64,000 nt of DNA. It comes from Octopus vulgaris (taxonomy: Eukaryota). The notes under the pieces are model-generated. The model ran no database searches and was not told where the DNA came from. It was given only the letters and a program-made list of their open reading frames with translations. The stretch covers positions 1-64,000 of the forward strand of contig CATOCA020000020.1 of the NCBI GenBank assembly GCA_951406725.2. The letters are read 5' to 3'. Made by a program: the position numbers and the translations under genes. Below are positions 20,948 through 34,603 of this stretch, one piece after another. Within the stretch, counting starts at the first letter, position 1; each line of letters begins with the position of its first letter.

Positions 20948-20986
20948 GTCTCAAGAATTAGGGAAAAAAAAAGGAGAAAAAAGGCT

Positions 20987-22869
20987 CTACTTACTGTTGT
21001 TGGTGGTGGGGGTGGCTCCCTTGTGCTTTTGCACGGGTGCTTCAATAATATTTTTGTAAAGTTTCTGAGAGAAACTTTTCCCTAACGATCCCACATCGTT
21101 AGGGAATATTTGTTTTATTTCATTGTACACTGTTTTGTTTATTTTTATTGTGAGAATGTGTGCTGGTGGTGTGTTGTGTGTAGGTATTATGAAATCTGTA
21201 ATGTTTGTGCTTGTTTTGTTTTTCAAATACTCAACCAGTTCCTGGTTTCTTGTATTCACTGCTGTAATCGTGTCTGTAATTGTGTCTGTGTTTGTTTGTG
21301 TCTGTGGTAGTGGCAGTAGTGGTGTCGAAAGTGTTGTTGTTGTTGTTTGTTGTTGTGAGTGTGTGTTGTTGTTGATGTTGTTGTTGATGTTGGGAAGTAC
21401 TATTTGTTCGTGCTTCCCCTGTAAAACTTTTTGTTTTTTCCTCCTTTTCTTTTTTGGAGGTACTATATTCCATTCTCCTTTGTTGGAATCCGAGCTCGCA
21501 CAATCCGAGATCTCTTCATCCGGCAAAGGAATGGTTGAGGGGTCTGCTTCAGTAGCAGGACGAAAAGTTTTAGGTTCCGCCGGTATCGGTGGTGCCGCTG
21601 CTCCTGTTACTGTTGATGTCGCTGCTGTCGACCTTCGAGGTACTGGTGTCGGTGTTGGTTTGGTGGTGGTTGTCGGTGTTGGTTTGGTGGTGGTTGTTGT
21701 TGTTGGAGGTGGTGTTGTTCGTCTTGGTGCTGGTGTTGGTGATGGTGTTGGTGGTGTGGCAGCCTTTGGTTTTTCTTGCTGTTTTTGTTGTTTCTGTTGT
21801 TGTTGCTTGTTGTTGTTGTTGTTGTTGTTGTTGTTGCTGCTGCCTCTTGCTATACTCCTCCATTCTCTTTTTTTGAATGGGGCAGTCCCTTTTTAGGTGG
21901 CTTTCGCTACTGCAGAGGAAACATTTTGGCTTTCGCCCCTCTACAATAACATTTAGCCTGGTCCCATCCAGCAAGATGACAAAGTCAGGTATGGCATTGA
22001 TGTTTTCCTGCTGGATCTGTACCAGCAGTTGAATACCCATGCCTGACCAGTTCTTTTCTCGTACCCTCCGAACATTCAGAATAGTGGCAGTGTCCTCTAT
22101 GCCATAGAGGACAGCCGCCACTAGCCATGAGATTTTCTGTTCGGGGGGTATTGTGCTTATGGTTATTTTTTGTACCTTACGCCCGAGGTACGTCGGGACG
22201 AGGAACAAATGTTCATTTTGCAAGGGCGAAATGGCGTTTGCCCTTGCAAGCTCCTCTGTTGGGAAGCGAACCTCCACGGTTCCAAATCGCTTCCCTCTTG
22301 TCACATAGCTCTTCTGGCCCCAAATGGGCTTCAGAGCCATCTCCAACTGTTGTGGTGTGGCGTTAAACAATCTTTTAGTTTTCTTTTCGAAGACTTTATA
22401 AAAGATTGTTCTTTTGCTTGTTTCTTGTGTGAGTTGTTGAGGTGTGTTGAGGAAAACACTGTTCCCCTCCTTTCTCAACAAATCTTGTGCCATTTTTATG
22501 TCCTCCATTGTAATTTCTACATCTTCCGAAATTTGCTTCGCAGCAGAAGCAAAATCGTTAGAAGCTTTTACAGTTTTTTGTTGGTTCTTGTCTGTGTTTG
22601 TGTCTGTTATAATTTTCTTTACCTCCCCCTTCGGTACAGCATCACTTGTTGAAGGCAGAGGGGGGAAATCAAGAGTGACGTCGAACGCGACGTCCTGGCA
22701 TGCATTCTCCTTTTGAACCGAGCGCGTGCTCTCCGGTTCGGAAGGAGGAGCTTTGTTGCCTTTTACGGCCTGAAATGGGTTGTACGTAACCCGTGACGTT
22801 ATTTTTTTTGTTCTTGTAGGGGGGTGTTGCAAGAAGGAGGGAAGAGCCAGCAGCTCGTTTTAGTGCCAT
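20987..22869 (-). CDS. ORF1, type A, apparent frameshifts
   Basis: ORF pieces 21570..22832 (420 aa, with CCHC knuckle) and 20987..21526; break in the CAA tract. Confidence 0.87.
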
Positions 22870-23383
22870 TTTGTAATGTGTGTGTGCAAAAAATGTCAAT
22901 TTCAAAAGGATAGACAGTAATTTCACCCCGAATGGGGCAAAATTTCGCCCAACCGACGAGCTCCGCAAGAAGCCGGTCGGTTTGGCTACAAAAATATTAA
23001 AAAATATTCAAGCTTATTAAAAAATTTCCAACAAAATTGGCACAAAACTCACAGAGCTGATTCACGTACGTCCATCGGCGTCGGAAGGAATAATAATAAT
23101 AATCAATTCTTTTTTATTGGCCACAAGGGCTGACACGCATGATTACATAAAGGGACAAGACAGGACGAAAGGTTACAAAGGGTTTTGCCGTTTTTTAAAA
23201 ACATCGAGTAAAAATCTTTATAACAACTTATAAAATTCAACAATGAAAAACTCCCAAAAGGGGGAGACGTCTCGAAAGGTTCCTGGTGGAAAAAACCCTA
23301 CAAAAGCCAACGGGAGCCTGGTCAAAAAAGGGGGTGTAGAGAGTCCCCTTTCTTCTCCTTTTACATTACCTTTTTCTTTGAAA

Positions 23384-26300
23384 TCACAGGCGAAACCTGA
23401 GAACTGGTCCATTTATACAGGCCAGTCTCGCACAATTCACCCACCTTTCATAAAACTTGCTATCGGACAGCACTTTCCTCTCTAACCTCATCTTCCTTTT
23501 CAAGTGAAACTTGAAAAAGTTGATGAGGCCTTGACCAAAGAGGAAAGTGTCTGACTTTAGCCCTTTCAAACGAGTCCACCACACGACTTCTTTCGCCACA
23601 GCCACAAGGCACAAGAAAACGGCCTCGCCCTCCTTGTTAAAGGAGGTCGGCGGGGCAATCTTCACTATGGATTCGGCCGATAGTCGGATCCGTCCTACAC
23701 GTGACAGTAGCTGTTCGACATAAACCCATATTTCAGCAATACTCGGGCACTGGACGAGTGCGTGCAGAACGGTTTCGTCGTCCTGGCAACACCTCGGGCA
23801 GGCCCGGCTGACGGCACTTCCGTGCCGGTAGAGTTTATCTCGAACAGGCAGAGCCCCTCGGTAGCACTGCCAGGCGAGAGACCTCTGGAAATTATCCATC
23901 GGCCCCGGCCCGAAAGTCCTCCCGAACAGACCGCTCAGTTCGTCGTCTTCAACGCCTAGAGTTTCCCCGAGAACGTCGTCGCATTTTTCCTCCACTAACC
24001 CTCTATAGAACGCTAGAGTGGAGCTGTAACCGACCGCATTGCCCGCCTGGTGGAGGGCGGAGAGGGCTTGACGGCACTCGAGGTGCCAAGCGCCCTTTCT
24101 CGGTCTACGTTTGATCCAGGTCTGCAGCTCCGTCAAAGAGACGAGCTGCGGAAAATCGCGTCTGACAAAAGACGACCACACCTGTTCACCGTCTAGGAAG
24201 CGCTTGAGATGCCGCAGCCTGAGCGCATGTCTGCGCAACAGCAACCACGGCATTCCAAGGCCTCCGTTCAGCGGTCGTTGACAGCAGATGGATCGCCTGA
24301 CCAGTGGCACCTGACCCTTCCACAAAAAGTCGAAGAGCAGGCGTACCAGCTTGGCCAACCAGCGGTCGGGACAAGGGACGACGGTCAAGCGGTAATAGAT
24401 GACGGATGCGATGTACGCATTCGCCACCTCCGCTCGACCTTTCAGGGACAGCTTCCTCTCGGCCCATTTCTGGGTGAGACGTGCCACCCTGCTCGTCACC
24501 TCTTCCCAGTTCTTATCCACCTGGAGGTCCGGACCGAACCAGACCCCGAGCAGTTTAACGGGTCCGTCTGTCCAGCGCCCTACGACGCTGTTGGACGGCA
24601 TGGGCTTGCCTCTCCAGGTGCCCAGTTGCAAGCCCACAGACTTTTCCGCGTTAATCTTTGCCCCTGTCACCGCTTCGTACTGGTTTAGCGTCTCGCCAAT
24701 CAGGCCAATGTGCCTGTGGCTCGACACCACCACGGTGACGTCGTCGGCATAAGCAGACACGCTGTTTCCGCCTCCTAGATCGCGCGGGATGCCCCTCAAA
24801 GCCTCCAACTTGCGCAGTAATGGCTCGAGAGTCAAAATGTACAAGAGGGAGGAGAGAGGGCATCCTTGGCGGACCGAACGCGAGATGTCGAACGGTTCCG
24901 AAAGGTGACCGTTCACCCGTATCACCGAGCAGATGTTGCTGTATAAAGCAGCGATCCACCCGCGGAAGACTGGACCGAAGCCGGCTGCCTTGAGGACAGC
25001 TGCCAGGTACCGATGGTCGACCCTATCGAAGGCTTTACTCTGATCCAAGTTGATCAAAGCCCCACCCGCGCCAGCGTCGTTACCCACCCTCTCTATGATG
25101 TAGCGCATGAGATGGAGGTTGTCGTGTATCGACCTGGTCGGCACGGCGCATGTCTGCGTCCCGCCGACCAGCTTGTCCACGACAAGCGCCAATCTCTTGG
25201 CTAGCACCTTGGCCAAAATCTTCAACTCTGCATTGAGCAGAGTGATGGGCCGGAAATTGCCTATAACGTCCCCCTTGTTTGGGTCCTTCTTTAGCAAAGC
25301 CACCACCCCTCGACAGACAAAAGCAGGAATTCTCCCGTTTTGCTGCCAGTTGCAGTAGACGTTTGCCAACAGGTCCGCAAACAAGTCTGGCATTGAAAAG
25401 TAAAGCTCGTAGGGCAGACCATCCAAACCCGGCGATCTACCTCTCGTGCAACTCTTCATCGCTTCCTGTACTTCCCAGGCAGATATCGGTCCTTCGCAGC
25501 ACTCTGCCTCGCTGTCCGAGAGTTGCGGCAGTCCGTCCAGGTACACACCGAAGTCTGTACCGTTGGTGTCCGTTCCACCGCTCGTCCCAAACAGTTGAGC
25601 AAAGTGCCGCTGAAGTACCGTACACATCTGCTTCGGTTGGGTAACCTCGCGCCCGTTCTGGTCCACCAAAGACCGAATGGTTGCTCTGTTGCCTCGCTTC
25701 GCCTCCGCCACGCGGGCCCATCGAGCGGCTCTAGTCCCCTCCCCGCTTAGCGAACGTGCCTTAGCTCTGACAACGCAGCCTTCGTGTTTGGCGTCGAAGT
25801 GTTGGTCGAGGGCCAACCTTGCCGCCAACACGTCGGTCGCGATGCCAGTGTCAAGAGCCTCGTCTAGTTTCTTAACTAAATCCCGCTCTCTCTTCCTACG
25901 TTCAATAGCTAGAGTCTTACTATACCTAATCGACTCTACTCTAATTGCTCTCTTGAGGGCAAACCACCAGTTGTTGTTGATGATTGCCCCCGTGAGCGCC
26001 CGCTTAACTAGTAAACTAATCCGGTCTCTGTAAGCTTTGCACGCCGTTAACGACGCGTTCAGCTTCCAGTAGCCGGGTCCCTGTCTATGTAGCCTATCTA
26101 AGTCGACCGTACAGATCACTAATTTGTGGTCCGTATATTCGACTAGGTGGAATTGTGGACACCCTACGCTGTCCTTATCCGCTGGCCTACAAAACACTCT
26201 ATCTAAGTACGATCTAGACGACCCGATGCGGTTTGTCCAAGTCCACATTGGCACATTCGGGTTGTCTAGTCGAAACCTGTCGGACAGCTGAAAGCGGCCG

Positions 26301-26817
26301 AGTAGGTTGGCGAGGCTCTTGCACCCCCCCCTCTCCTAACAGACGCTCCCCTGCCCACCCGATCGAAACGTTCGTCTAAGACAGCGTTCCAATCCCCAAC
26401 TAGTACTAGAGTGCGTGACGTTCCCAGGAAAACTTCCAGACGTTTGAAATAATCCGACTGCCCTGCTCCTGTCGGAGCGTAGGCAGCCAGCAGTCTGAAA
26501 GCACCGCCGTCACTACCGTCCACGTCGAGGACCACCAACTTACCTTCCGGATCCAAGAAGACTGTTCTTATTTTCAGGTCCAGGCCCTTCCGAAACAACA
26601 CCGCAGTACCACCACCGCCCGCTCCCGGCCGACACGGAGATAGAAATATCTCGTATCCGCCGAAAAGGGCTGCGAGTTCCTGCGGGTCGGAGAGCCTGGT
26701 TTCACTGATGGCTGCTACATCCACATCATGAAACCTCAGGTCGTTTAACAGGTGACCCTGTTTCCAAGGTGACCCGAGGCCTCTCACATTCAAGCAACCG
26801 ATTCTAAGATTTGCCAT
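23384..26817 (-). CDS. ORF2 with a 1-bp frameshift in the poly-C run near 26325 (likely consensus error)
   Basis: Split into 26266..26817 and 23384..26254; otherwise near identical to intact copies. Confidence 0.88.
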
Positions 26818-26856
26818 GTCTCAAGAATTAGGGAAAAAAAAAGGAGAAAAAAGGCT

Positions 26857-28737
26857 CTACTTACTGTTGTTGGTGGTGGGGGTGGCTCCCTTGTGCTTTT
26901 GCACGGGTGCTTCAATAATATTTTTGTAAAGTTTCTGAGAGAAACTTTTCCCTAACGATCCCACATCGTTAGGGAATATTTGTTTTATTTCATTGTACAC
27001 TGTTTTGTTTATTTTTATTGTGAGAATGTGTGCTGGTGGTGTGTTGTGTGTAGGTATTATGAAATCTGTAATGTTTGTGCTTGTTTTGTTTTTCAAATAC
27101 TCAACCAGTTCCTGGTTTCTTGTATTCACTGCTGTAATCGTGTCTGTAATTGTGTCTGTGTTTGTTTGTGTCTGTGGTAGTGGCAGTAGTGGTGTCGAAA
27201 GTGTTGTTGTTGTTGTTTGTTGTTGTGAGTGTGTGTTGTTGTTGATGTTGTTGTTGATGTTGGGAAGTACTATTTGTTCGTGCTTCCCCTGTAAAACTTT
27301 TTGTTTTTTCCTCCTTTTCTTTTTTGGAGGTACTATATTCCATTCTCCTTTGTTGGAATCCGAGCTCGCACAATCCGAGATCTCTTCATCCGGCAAAGGA
27401 ATGGTTGAGGGGTCTGCTTCAGTAGCAGGACGAAAAGTTTTAGGTTCCGCCGGTATCGGTGGTGCCGCTGCTCCTGTTACTGTTGATGTCGCTGCTGTCG
27501 ACCTTCGAGGTACTGGTGTCGGTGTTGGTTTGGTGGTGGTTGTCGGTGTTGGTTTGGTGGTGGTTGTTGTTGTTGGAGGTGGTGTTGTTCGTCTTGGTGC
27601 TGGTGTTGGTGATGGTGTTGGTGGTGTGGCAGCCTTTGGTTTTTCTTGCTGTTTTTGTTGTTTCTGTTGTTGTTGCTTGTGTTGTTGTTGTTGTTGTTGT
27701 TGTTGCTGCTGCCTCTTGCTATACTCCTCCATTCTCTTTTTTTGAATGGGGCAGTCCCTTTTTAGGTGGCTTTCGCTACTGCAGAGGAAACATTTTGGCT
27801 TTCGCCCCTCTACAATAACATTTAGCCTGGTCCCATCCAGCAAGATGACAAAGTCAGGTATGGCATTGATGTTTTCCTGCTGGATCTGTACCAGCAGTTG
27901 AATACCCATGCCTGACCAGTTCTTTTCTCGTACCCTCCGAACATTCAGAATAGTGGCAGTGTCCTCTATGCCATAGAGGACAGCCGCCACTAGCCATGAG
28001 ATTTTCTGTTCGGGGGTATTGTGCTTATGGTTATTTTTTGTACCTTACGCCCGAGGTACGTCGGGACGAGGAACAAATGTTCATTTTGCAAGGGCGAAAT
28101 GGCGTTTGCCCTTGCAAGCTCCTCTGTTGGGAAGCGAACCTCCACGGTTCCAAATCGCTTCCCTCTTGTCACATAGCTCTTCTGGCCCCAAATGGGCTTC
28201 AGAGCCATCTCCAACTGTTGTGGTGTGGCGTTAAACAATCTTTTAGTTTTCTTTTCGAAGACTTTATAAAAGATTGTTCTTTTGCTTGTTTCTTGTGTGA
28301 GTTGTTGAGGTGTGTTGAGGAAAACACTGTTCCCCTCCTTTCTCAACAAATCTTGTGCCATTTTTATGTCCTCCATTGTAATTTCTACATCTTCCGAAAT
28401 TTGCTTCGCAGCAGAAGCAAAATCGTTAGAAGCTTTTACAGTTTTTTGTTGGTTCTTGTCTGTGTTTGTGTCTGTTATAATTTTCTTTACCTCCCCCTTC
28501 GGTACAGCATCACTTGTTGAAGGCAGAGGGGGAAATCAAGAGTGACGTCGAACGCGACGTCCTGGCATGCATTCTCCTTTTGAACCGAGCGCGTGCTCTC
28601 CGGTTCGGAAGGAGGAGCTTTGTTGCCTTTTACGGCCTGAAATGGGTTGTACGTAACCCGTGACGTTATTTTTTTTTGTTCTTGTAGGGGGGTGTTGCAA
28701 GAAGGAGGGAAGAGCCAGCAGCTCGTTTTAGTGCCAT
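26857..28737 (-). CDS. ORF1, type A, apparent frameshifts
   Basis: ORF pieces 26857..27990 and 27990..28376; breaks at G runs. Confidence 0.87.
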
Positions 28738-29249
28738 TTTGTAATGTGTGTGTGCAAAAAATGTCAATTTCAAAAGGATAGACAGTAATTTCACCCCGAA
28801 TGGGGCAAAATTTCGCCCAACCGACGAGCTCCGCAAGAAGCCGGTCGGTTTGGCTACAAAAATATTAAAAAATATTCAAGCTTATTAAAAAATTTCCAAC
28901 AAAATTGGCACAAAACTCACAGAGCTGATTCACGTACGTCCATCGGCGTCGGAAGGAATAATAATAATAATCAATTCTTTTTTATTGGCCACAAGGGCTG
29001 ACACGCATGATTACATAAAGGGACAAGACAGGACGAAAGGTTACAAAGGGTTTTGTCCGTTTGTTAAAAAATCCGTGTAAAAATCTTTAAAACAATGATT
29101 ATTAAAACAATGAAAAACTCCCAAAAGGGGGAGACGTCTCGAAATGTTCCCGGTGGAAAAAACCCTACAAAAGCCAACGGGAGCCTGGTCAAAAAGGGGG
29201 TGTAGAGAGTCCCCTTTCTTCTCCTTTTACATTACCTTTTTCTTTGAAA

Positions 29250-32200
29250 TCACAGGCGAAACCTGAGAACTGGTCCATTTATACAGGCCAGTCTCGCACA
29301 ATTCACCCACCTTTCATAAAACTTGCTATCGGACAGCACTTTCCTCTCTAACCTCATCTTCCTTTTCAAGTGAAACTTGAAAAAGTTGATGAGGCCTTGA
29401 CCAAAGAGGAAAGTGTCTGACTTTAGCCCTTTCAAACGAGTCCACCACACGACTTCTTTCGCCACAGCCACAAGGCACAAGAAAACGGCCTCGCCCTCCT
29501 TGTTAAAGGAGGTCGGCGGGGCAATCTTCACTATGGATTCGGCCGATAGTCGGATCCGTCCTACACGTGACAGTAGCTGTTCGACATAAACCCATATTTC
29601 AGCAATACTCGGGCACTGGACGAGTGCGTGCAGAACGGTTTCGTCGTCCTGGCAACACCTCGGGCAGGCCCGGCTGACGGCACTTCCGTGCCGGTAGAGT
29701 TTATCTCGAACAGGCAGAGCCCCTCGGTAGCACTGCCAGGCGAGAGACCTCTGGAAATTATCCATCGGCCCCGGCCCGAAAGTCCTCCCGAACAGACCGC
29801 TCAGTTCGTCGTCTTCAACGCCTAGAGTTTCCCCGAGAACGTCGTCGCATTTTTCCTCCACTAACCCTCTATAGAACGCTAGAGTGGAGCTGTAACCGAC
29901 CGCATTGCCCGCCTGGTGGAGGGCGGAGAGGGCTTGACGGCACTCGAGGTGCCAAGCGCCCTTTCTCGGTCTACGTTTGATCCAGGTCTGCAGCTCCGTC
30001 AAAGAGACGAGCTGCGGAAAATCGCGTCTGACAAAAGACGACCACACCTGTTCACCGTCTAGGAAGCGCTTGAGATGCCGCAGCCTGAGCGCATGTCTGC
30101 GCAACAGCAACCACGGCATTCCAAGGCCTCCGTTCAGCGGTCGTTGACAGCAGATGGATCGCCTGACCAGTGGCACCTGACCCTTCCACAAAAAGTCGAA
30201 GAGCAGGTGTACCAGCTTGGCCAACCAGCGGTCGGGACAAGGGACGACGGTCAAGCGGTAATAGATGACGGATGCGATGTACGCATTCGCCACCTCCGCT
30301 CGACCTTTCAGGGACAGCTTCCTCTCGGCCCATTTCTGGGTGAGACGTGCCACCCTGCTCGTCACCTCTTCCCAGTTCTTATCCACCTGGAGGTCCGGAC
30401 CGAACCAGACCCCGAGCAGTTTAACGGGTCCGTCTGTCCAGCGCCCTACGACGCTGTTGGACGGCATGGGCTTGCCTCTCCAGGTGCCCAGTTGCAAGCC
30501 CACAGACTTTTCCGCGTTAATCTTTGCCCCTGTCACCGCTTCGTACTGGTTTAGCGTCTCGCCAATCAGGCCAATGTGCCTGTGGCTCGACACCACCACG
30601 GTGACGTCGTCGGCATAAGCAGACACGCTGTTTCCGCCTCCTAGATCGCGCGGGATGCCCCTCAAAGCCTCCAACTTGCGCAGTAATGGCTCGAGAGTCA
30701 AAATGTACAAGAGGGAGGAGAGAGGGCATCCTTGGCGGACCGAACGCGAGATGTCGAACGGTTCCGAAAGGTGACCGTTCACCCGTATCACCGAGCAGAT
30801 GTTGCTGTATAAAGCAGCGATCCACCCGCGGAAGACTGGACCGAAGCCGGCTGCCTTGAGGACAGCTGCCAGGTACCGATGGTCGACCCTATCGAAGGCT
30901 TTACTCTGATCCAAGTTGATCAAAGCCCCACCCGCGCCAGCGTCGTTACCCACCCTCTCTATGATGTAGCGCATGAGATGGAGGTTGTCGTGTATCGACC
31001 TGGTCGGCACGGCGCATGTCTGCGTCCCGCCGACCAGCTTGTCCACGACAAGCGCCAATCTCTTGGCTAGCACCTTGGCCAAAATCTTCAACTCTGCATT
31101 GAGCAGAGTGATGGGCCGGAAATTGCCTATAACGTCCCCCTTGTTTGGGTCCTTCTTTAGCAAAGCCACCACCCCTCGACAGACAAAAGCAGGAATTCTC
31201 CCGTTTTGCTGCCAGTTGCAGTAGACGTTTGCCAACAGGTCCGCAAACAAGTCTGGCATTGAAAAGTAAAGCTCGTAGGGCAGACCATCCAAACCCGGCG
31301 ATCTACCTCTCGTGCAACTCTTCATCGCTTCCTGTACTTCCCAGGCAGATATCGGTCCTTCGCAGCACTCTGCCTCGCTGTCCGAGAGTTGCGGCAGTCC
31401 GTCCAGGTACACACCGAAGTCTGTACCGTTGGTGTCCGTTCCACCGCTCGTCCCAAACAGTTGAGCAAAGTGCCGCTGAAGTACCGTACACATCTGCTTC
31501 GGTTGGGTAACCTCGCGCCCGTTCTGGTCCACCAAAGACCGAATGGTTGCTCTGTTGCCTCGCTTCGCCTCCGCCACGCGGGCCCATCGAGCGGCTCTAG
31601 TCCCCTCCCCGCTTAGCGAACGTGCCTTAGCTCTGACAACGCAGCCTTCGTGTTTGGCGTCGAAGTGTTGGTCGAGGGCCAACCTTGCCGCCAACACGTC
31701 GGTCGCGATGCCAGTGTCAAGAGCCTCGTCTAGTTTCTTAACTAAATCCCGCTCTCTCTTCCTACGTTCAATAGCTAGAGTCTTACTATACCTAATCGAC
31801 TCTACTCTAATTGCTCTCTTGAGGGCAAACCACCAGTTGTTGTTGATGATTGCCCCCGTGAGCGCCCGCTTAACTAGTAAACTAATCCGGTCTCTGTAAG
31901 CTTTGCACGCCGTTAACGACGCGTTCAGCTTCCAGTAGCCGGGTCCCTGTCTATGTAGCCTATCTAAGTCGACCGTACAGATCACTAATTTGTGGTCCGT
32001 ATATTCGACTAGGTGGAATTGTGGACACCCTACGCTGTCCTTATCCGCTGGCCTACAAAACACTCTATCTAAGTACGATCTAGACGACCCGATGCGGTTT
32101 GTCCAAGTCCACATTGGCACATTCGGGTTGTCTAGTCGAAACCTGTCGGACAGCTGAAAGCGGCCGAGTAGGTTGGCGAGGCTCTTGCACCCACCCCCTC

Positions 32201-32684
32201 TCCTAACAGACGCTCCCCTGCCCACCCGATCGAAACGTTCGTCTAAGACAGCGTTCCAATCCCCAACTAGTACTAGAGTGCGTGACGTTCCCAGGAAAAC
32301 TTCCAGACGTTTGAAATAATCCGACTGCCCTGCTCCTGTCGGAGCGTAGGCAGCCAGCAGTCTGAAAGCACCGCCGTCACTACCGTCCACGTCGAGGACC
32401 ACCAACTTACCTTCCGGATCCAAGAAGACTGTTCTTATTTTCAGGTCCAGGCCCTTCCGAAACAACACCGCAGTACCACCACCGCCCGCTCCCGGCCGAC
32501 ACGGAGATAGAAATATCTCGTATCCGCCGAAAAGGGCTGCGAGTTCCTGCGGGTCGGAGAGCCTGGTTTCACTGATGGCTGCTATATCCACATCATGAAA
32601 CCTCAGGTCGTTTAACAGGTGACCCTGTTTCCAAGGTGACCCGAGGCCTCTCACATTCAAGCAACCGATTCTAAGATTTGCCAT
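29250..32684 (-). CDS. ORF2 APE endonuclease / reverse transcriptase, 1144 aa, intact
   Basis: Same translation as 5782..9216. Confidence 0.97.
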   Translation of the reverse strand: MANLRIGCLNVRGLGSPWKQGHLLNDLRFHDVDIAAISETRLSDPQELAALFGGYEIFLSPCRPGAGGGGTAVLFRKGLDLKIRTVFLDPEGKLVVLDVDGSDGGAFRLLAAYAPTGAGQSDYFKRLEVFLGTSRTLVLVGDWNAVLDERFDRVGRGASVRRGGGCKSLANLLGRFQLSDRFRLDNPNVPMWTWTNRIGSSRSYLDRVFCRPADKDSVGCPQFHLVEYTDHKLVICTVDLDRLHRQGPGYWKLNASLTACKAYRDRISLLVKRALTGAIINNNWWFALKRAIRVESIRYSKTLAIERRKRERDLVKKLDEALDTGIATDVLAARLALDQHFDAKHEGCVVRAKARSLSGEGTRAARWARVAEAKRGNRATIRSLVDQNGREVTQPKQMCTVLQRHFAQLFGTSGGTDTNGTDFGVYLDGLPQLSDSEAECCEGPISAWEVQEAMKSCTRGRSPGLDGLPYELYFSMPDLFADLLANVYCNWQQNGRIPAFVCRGVVALLKKDPNKGDVIGNFRPITLLNAELKILAKVLAKRLALVVDKLVGGTQTCAVPTRSIHDNLHLMRYIIERVGNDAGAGGALINLDQSKAFDRVDHRYLAAVLKAAGFGPVFRGWIAALYSNICSVIRVNGHLSEPFDISRSVRQGCPLSSLLYILTLEPLLRKLEALRGIPRDLGGGNSVSAYADDVTVVVSSHRHIGLIGETLNQYEAVTGAKINAEKSVGLQLGTWRGKPMPSNSVVGRWTDGPVKLLGVWFGPDLQVDKNWEEVTSRVARLTQKWAERKLSLKGRAEVANAYIASVIYYRLTVVPCPDRWLAKLVHLLFDFLWKGQVPLVRRSICCQRPLNGGLGMPWLLLRRHALRLRHLKRFLDGEQVWSSFVRRDFPQLVSLTELQTWIKRRPRKGAWHLECRQALSALHQAGNAVGYSSTLAFYRGLVEEKCDDVLGETLGVEDDELSGLFGRTFGPGPMDNFQRSLAWQCYRGALPVRDKLYRHGSAVSRACPRCCQDDETVLHALVQCPSIAEIWVYVEQLLSRVGRIRLSAESIVKIAPPTSFNKEGEAVFLCLVAVAKEVVWWTRLKGLKSDTFLFGQGLINFFKFHLKRKMRLERKVLSDSKFYERWVNCARLACINGPVLRFRL

Positions 32685-32723
32685 GTCTCAAGAATTAGGG
32701 GAAAAAAAAGGAGAAAAAAGGCT

Positions 32724-34603
32724 CTACTTACTGTTGTTGGTGGTGGGGGTGGCTCCCTTGTGCTTTTGCACGGGTGCTTCAATAATATTTTTGTAAAGTT
32801 TCTGAGAGAAACTTTTCCCTAACGATCCCACATCGTTAGGGAATATTTGTTTTATTTCATTGTACACTGTTTTGTTTATTTTTATTGTGAGAATGTGTGC
32901 TGGTGGTGTGTTGTGTGTAGGTATTATGAAATCTGTAATGTTTGTGCTTGTTTTGTTTTTCAAATACTCAACCAGTTCCTGGTTTCTTGTATTCACTGCT
33001 GTAATCGTGTCTGTAATTGTGTCTGTGTTTGTTTGTGTCTGTGGTAGTGGCAGTAGTGGTGTCGAAAGTGTTGTTGTTGTTGTTTGTTGTTGTGAGTGTG
33101 TGTTGTTGTTGATGTTGTTGTTGATGTTGGGAAGTACTATTTGTTCGTGCTTCCCCTGTAAAACTTTTTGTTTTTCCTCCTTTTCTTTTTGGAGGTACTA
33201 TATTCCATTCTCCTTTGTTGGAATCCGAGCTCGCACAATCCGAGATCTCTTCATCCGGCAAAGGAATGGTTGAGGGGTCTGCTTCAGTAGCAGGACGAAA
33301 AGTTTTAGGTTCCGCCGGTATCGGTGGTGCCGCTGCTCCTGTTACTGTTGATGTCGCTGCTGTCGACCTTCGAGGTACTGGTGTCGGTGTTGGTTTGGTG
33401 GTGGTTGTCGGTGTTGGTTTGGTGGTGGTTGTTGTTGTTGGAGGTGGTGTTGTTCGTCTTGGTGCTGGTGTTGGTGATGGTGTTGGTGGTGTGGCAGCCT
33501 TTGGTTTTTCTTGCTGTTTTTGTTGTTTCTGTTGTTGTTGCTTGTTGTTGTTGTTGTTGTTGTTGTTGTTGCTGCTGCCTCTTGCTATACTCCTCCATTC
33601 TCTTTTTTTGAATGGGGCAGTCCCTTTTTAGGTGGCTTTCGCTACTGCAGAGGAAACATTTTGGCTTTCGCCCCTCTACAATAACATTTAGCCTGGTCCC
33701 ATCCAGCAAGATGACAAAGTCAGGTATGGCATTGATGTTTTCCTGCTGGATCTGTACCAGCAGTTGAATACCCATGCCTGACCAGTTCTTTTCTCGTACC
33801 CTCCGAACATTCAGAATAGTGGCAGTGTCCTCTATGCCATAGAGGACAGCCGCCACTAGCCATGAGATTTTCTGTTCGGGGGGTATTGTGCTTATGGTTA
33901 TTTTTTGTACCTTACGCCCGAGGTACGTCGGGACGAGGAACAAATGTTCATTTTGCAAGGGCGAAATGGCGTTCGCCCTTGCAAGCTCCTCTGTTGGGAA
34001 GCGAACCTCCACGGTTCCAAATCGCTTCCCTCTTGTCACATAGCTCTTCTGGCCCCAAATGGGCTTCAGAGCCATCTCCAACTGTTGTGGTGTGGCGTTA
34101 AACAATCTTTTAGTTTTCTTTTCGAAGACTTTATAAAAGATTGTTCTTTTGCTTGTTTCTTGTGTGAGTTGTTGAGGTGTGTTGAGGAAAACACTGTTCC
34201 CCTCCTTTCTCAACAAATCTTGTGCCATTTTTATGTCCTCCATTGTAATTTCTACATCTTCCGAAATTTGCTTCGCAGCAGAAGCAAAATCGTTAGAAGC
34301 TTTTACAGTTTTTTGTTGGTTCTTGTCTGTGTTTGTGTCTGTTATAATTTTCTTTACCTCCCCCTTCGGTACAGCATCACTTGTTGAAGGCAGAGGGGGG
34401 AAATCAAGAGTGACGTCGAACGCGACGTCCTGGCATGCATTCTCCTTTTGAACCGAGCGCGTGCTCTCCGGTTCGGAAGGAGGAGCTTTGTTGCCTTTTA
34501 CGGCCTGAAATGGGTTGTACGTAACCCGTGACGTTATTTTTTTTGTTCTTGTAGGGGGGTGTTGCAAGAAGGAGGAAGAGCCAGCAGCTCGTTTCAGTGC
34601 CAT
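32724..34603 (-). CDS. ORF1, type A, apparent frameshifts
   Basis: ORF 33305..34702 is open from MALKRAAG through the CCHC knuckle to the polyQ tract; C-terminal pieces 32968..33261 and 32724..32996. Confidence 0.87.

Larger units (their letters stand above)
17219..23088 (-). mobile_element. Non-LTR retrotransposon unit 4, full length
   Basis: Collinear with unit 2 between junctions. Confidence 0.95.
23089..28956 (-). mobile_element. Non-LTR retrotransposon unit 5, full length
   Basis: Collinear with unit 2 between junctions. Confidence 0.95.
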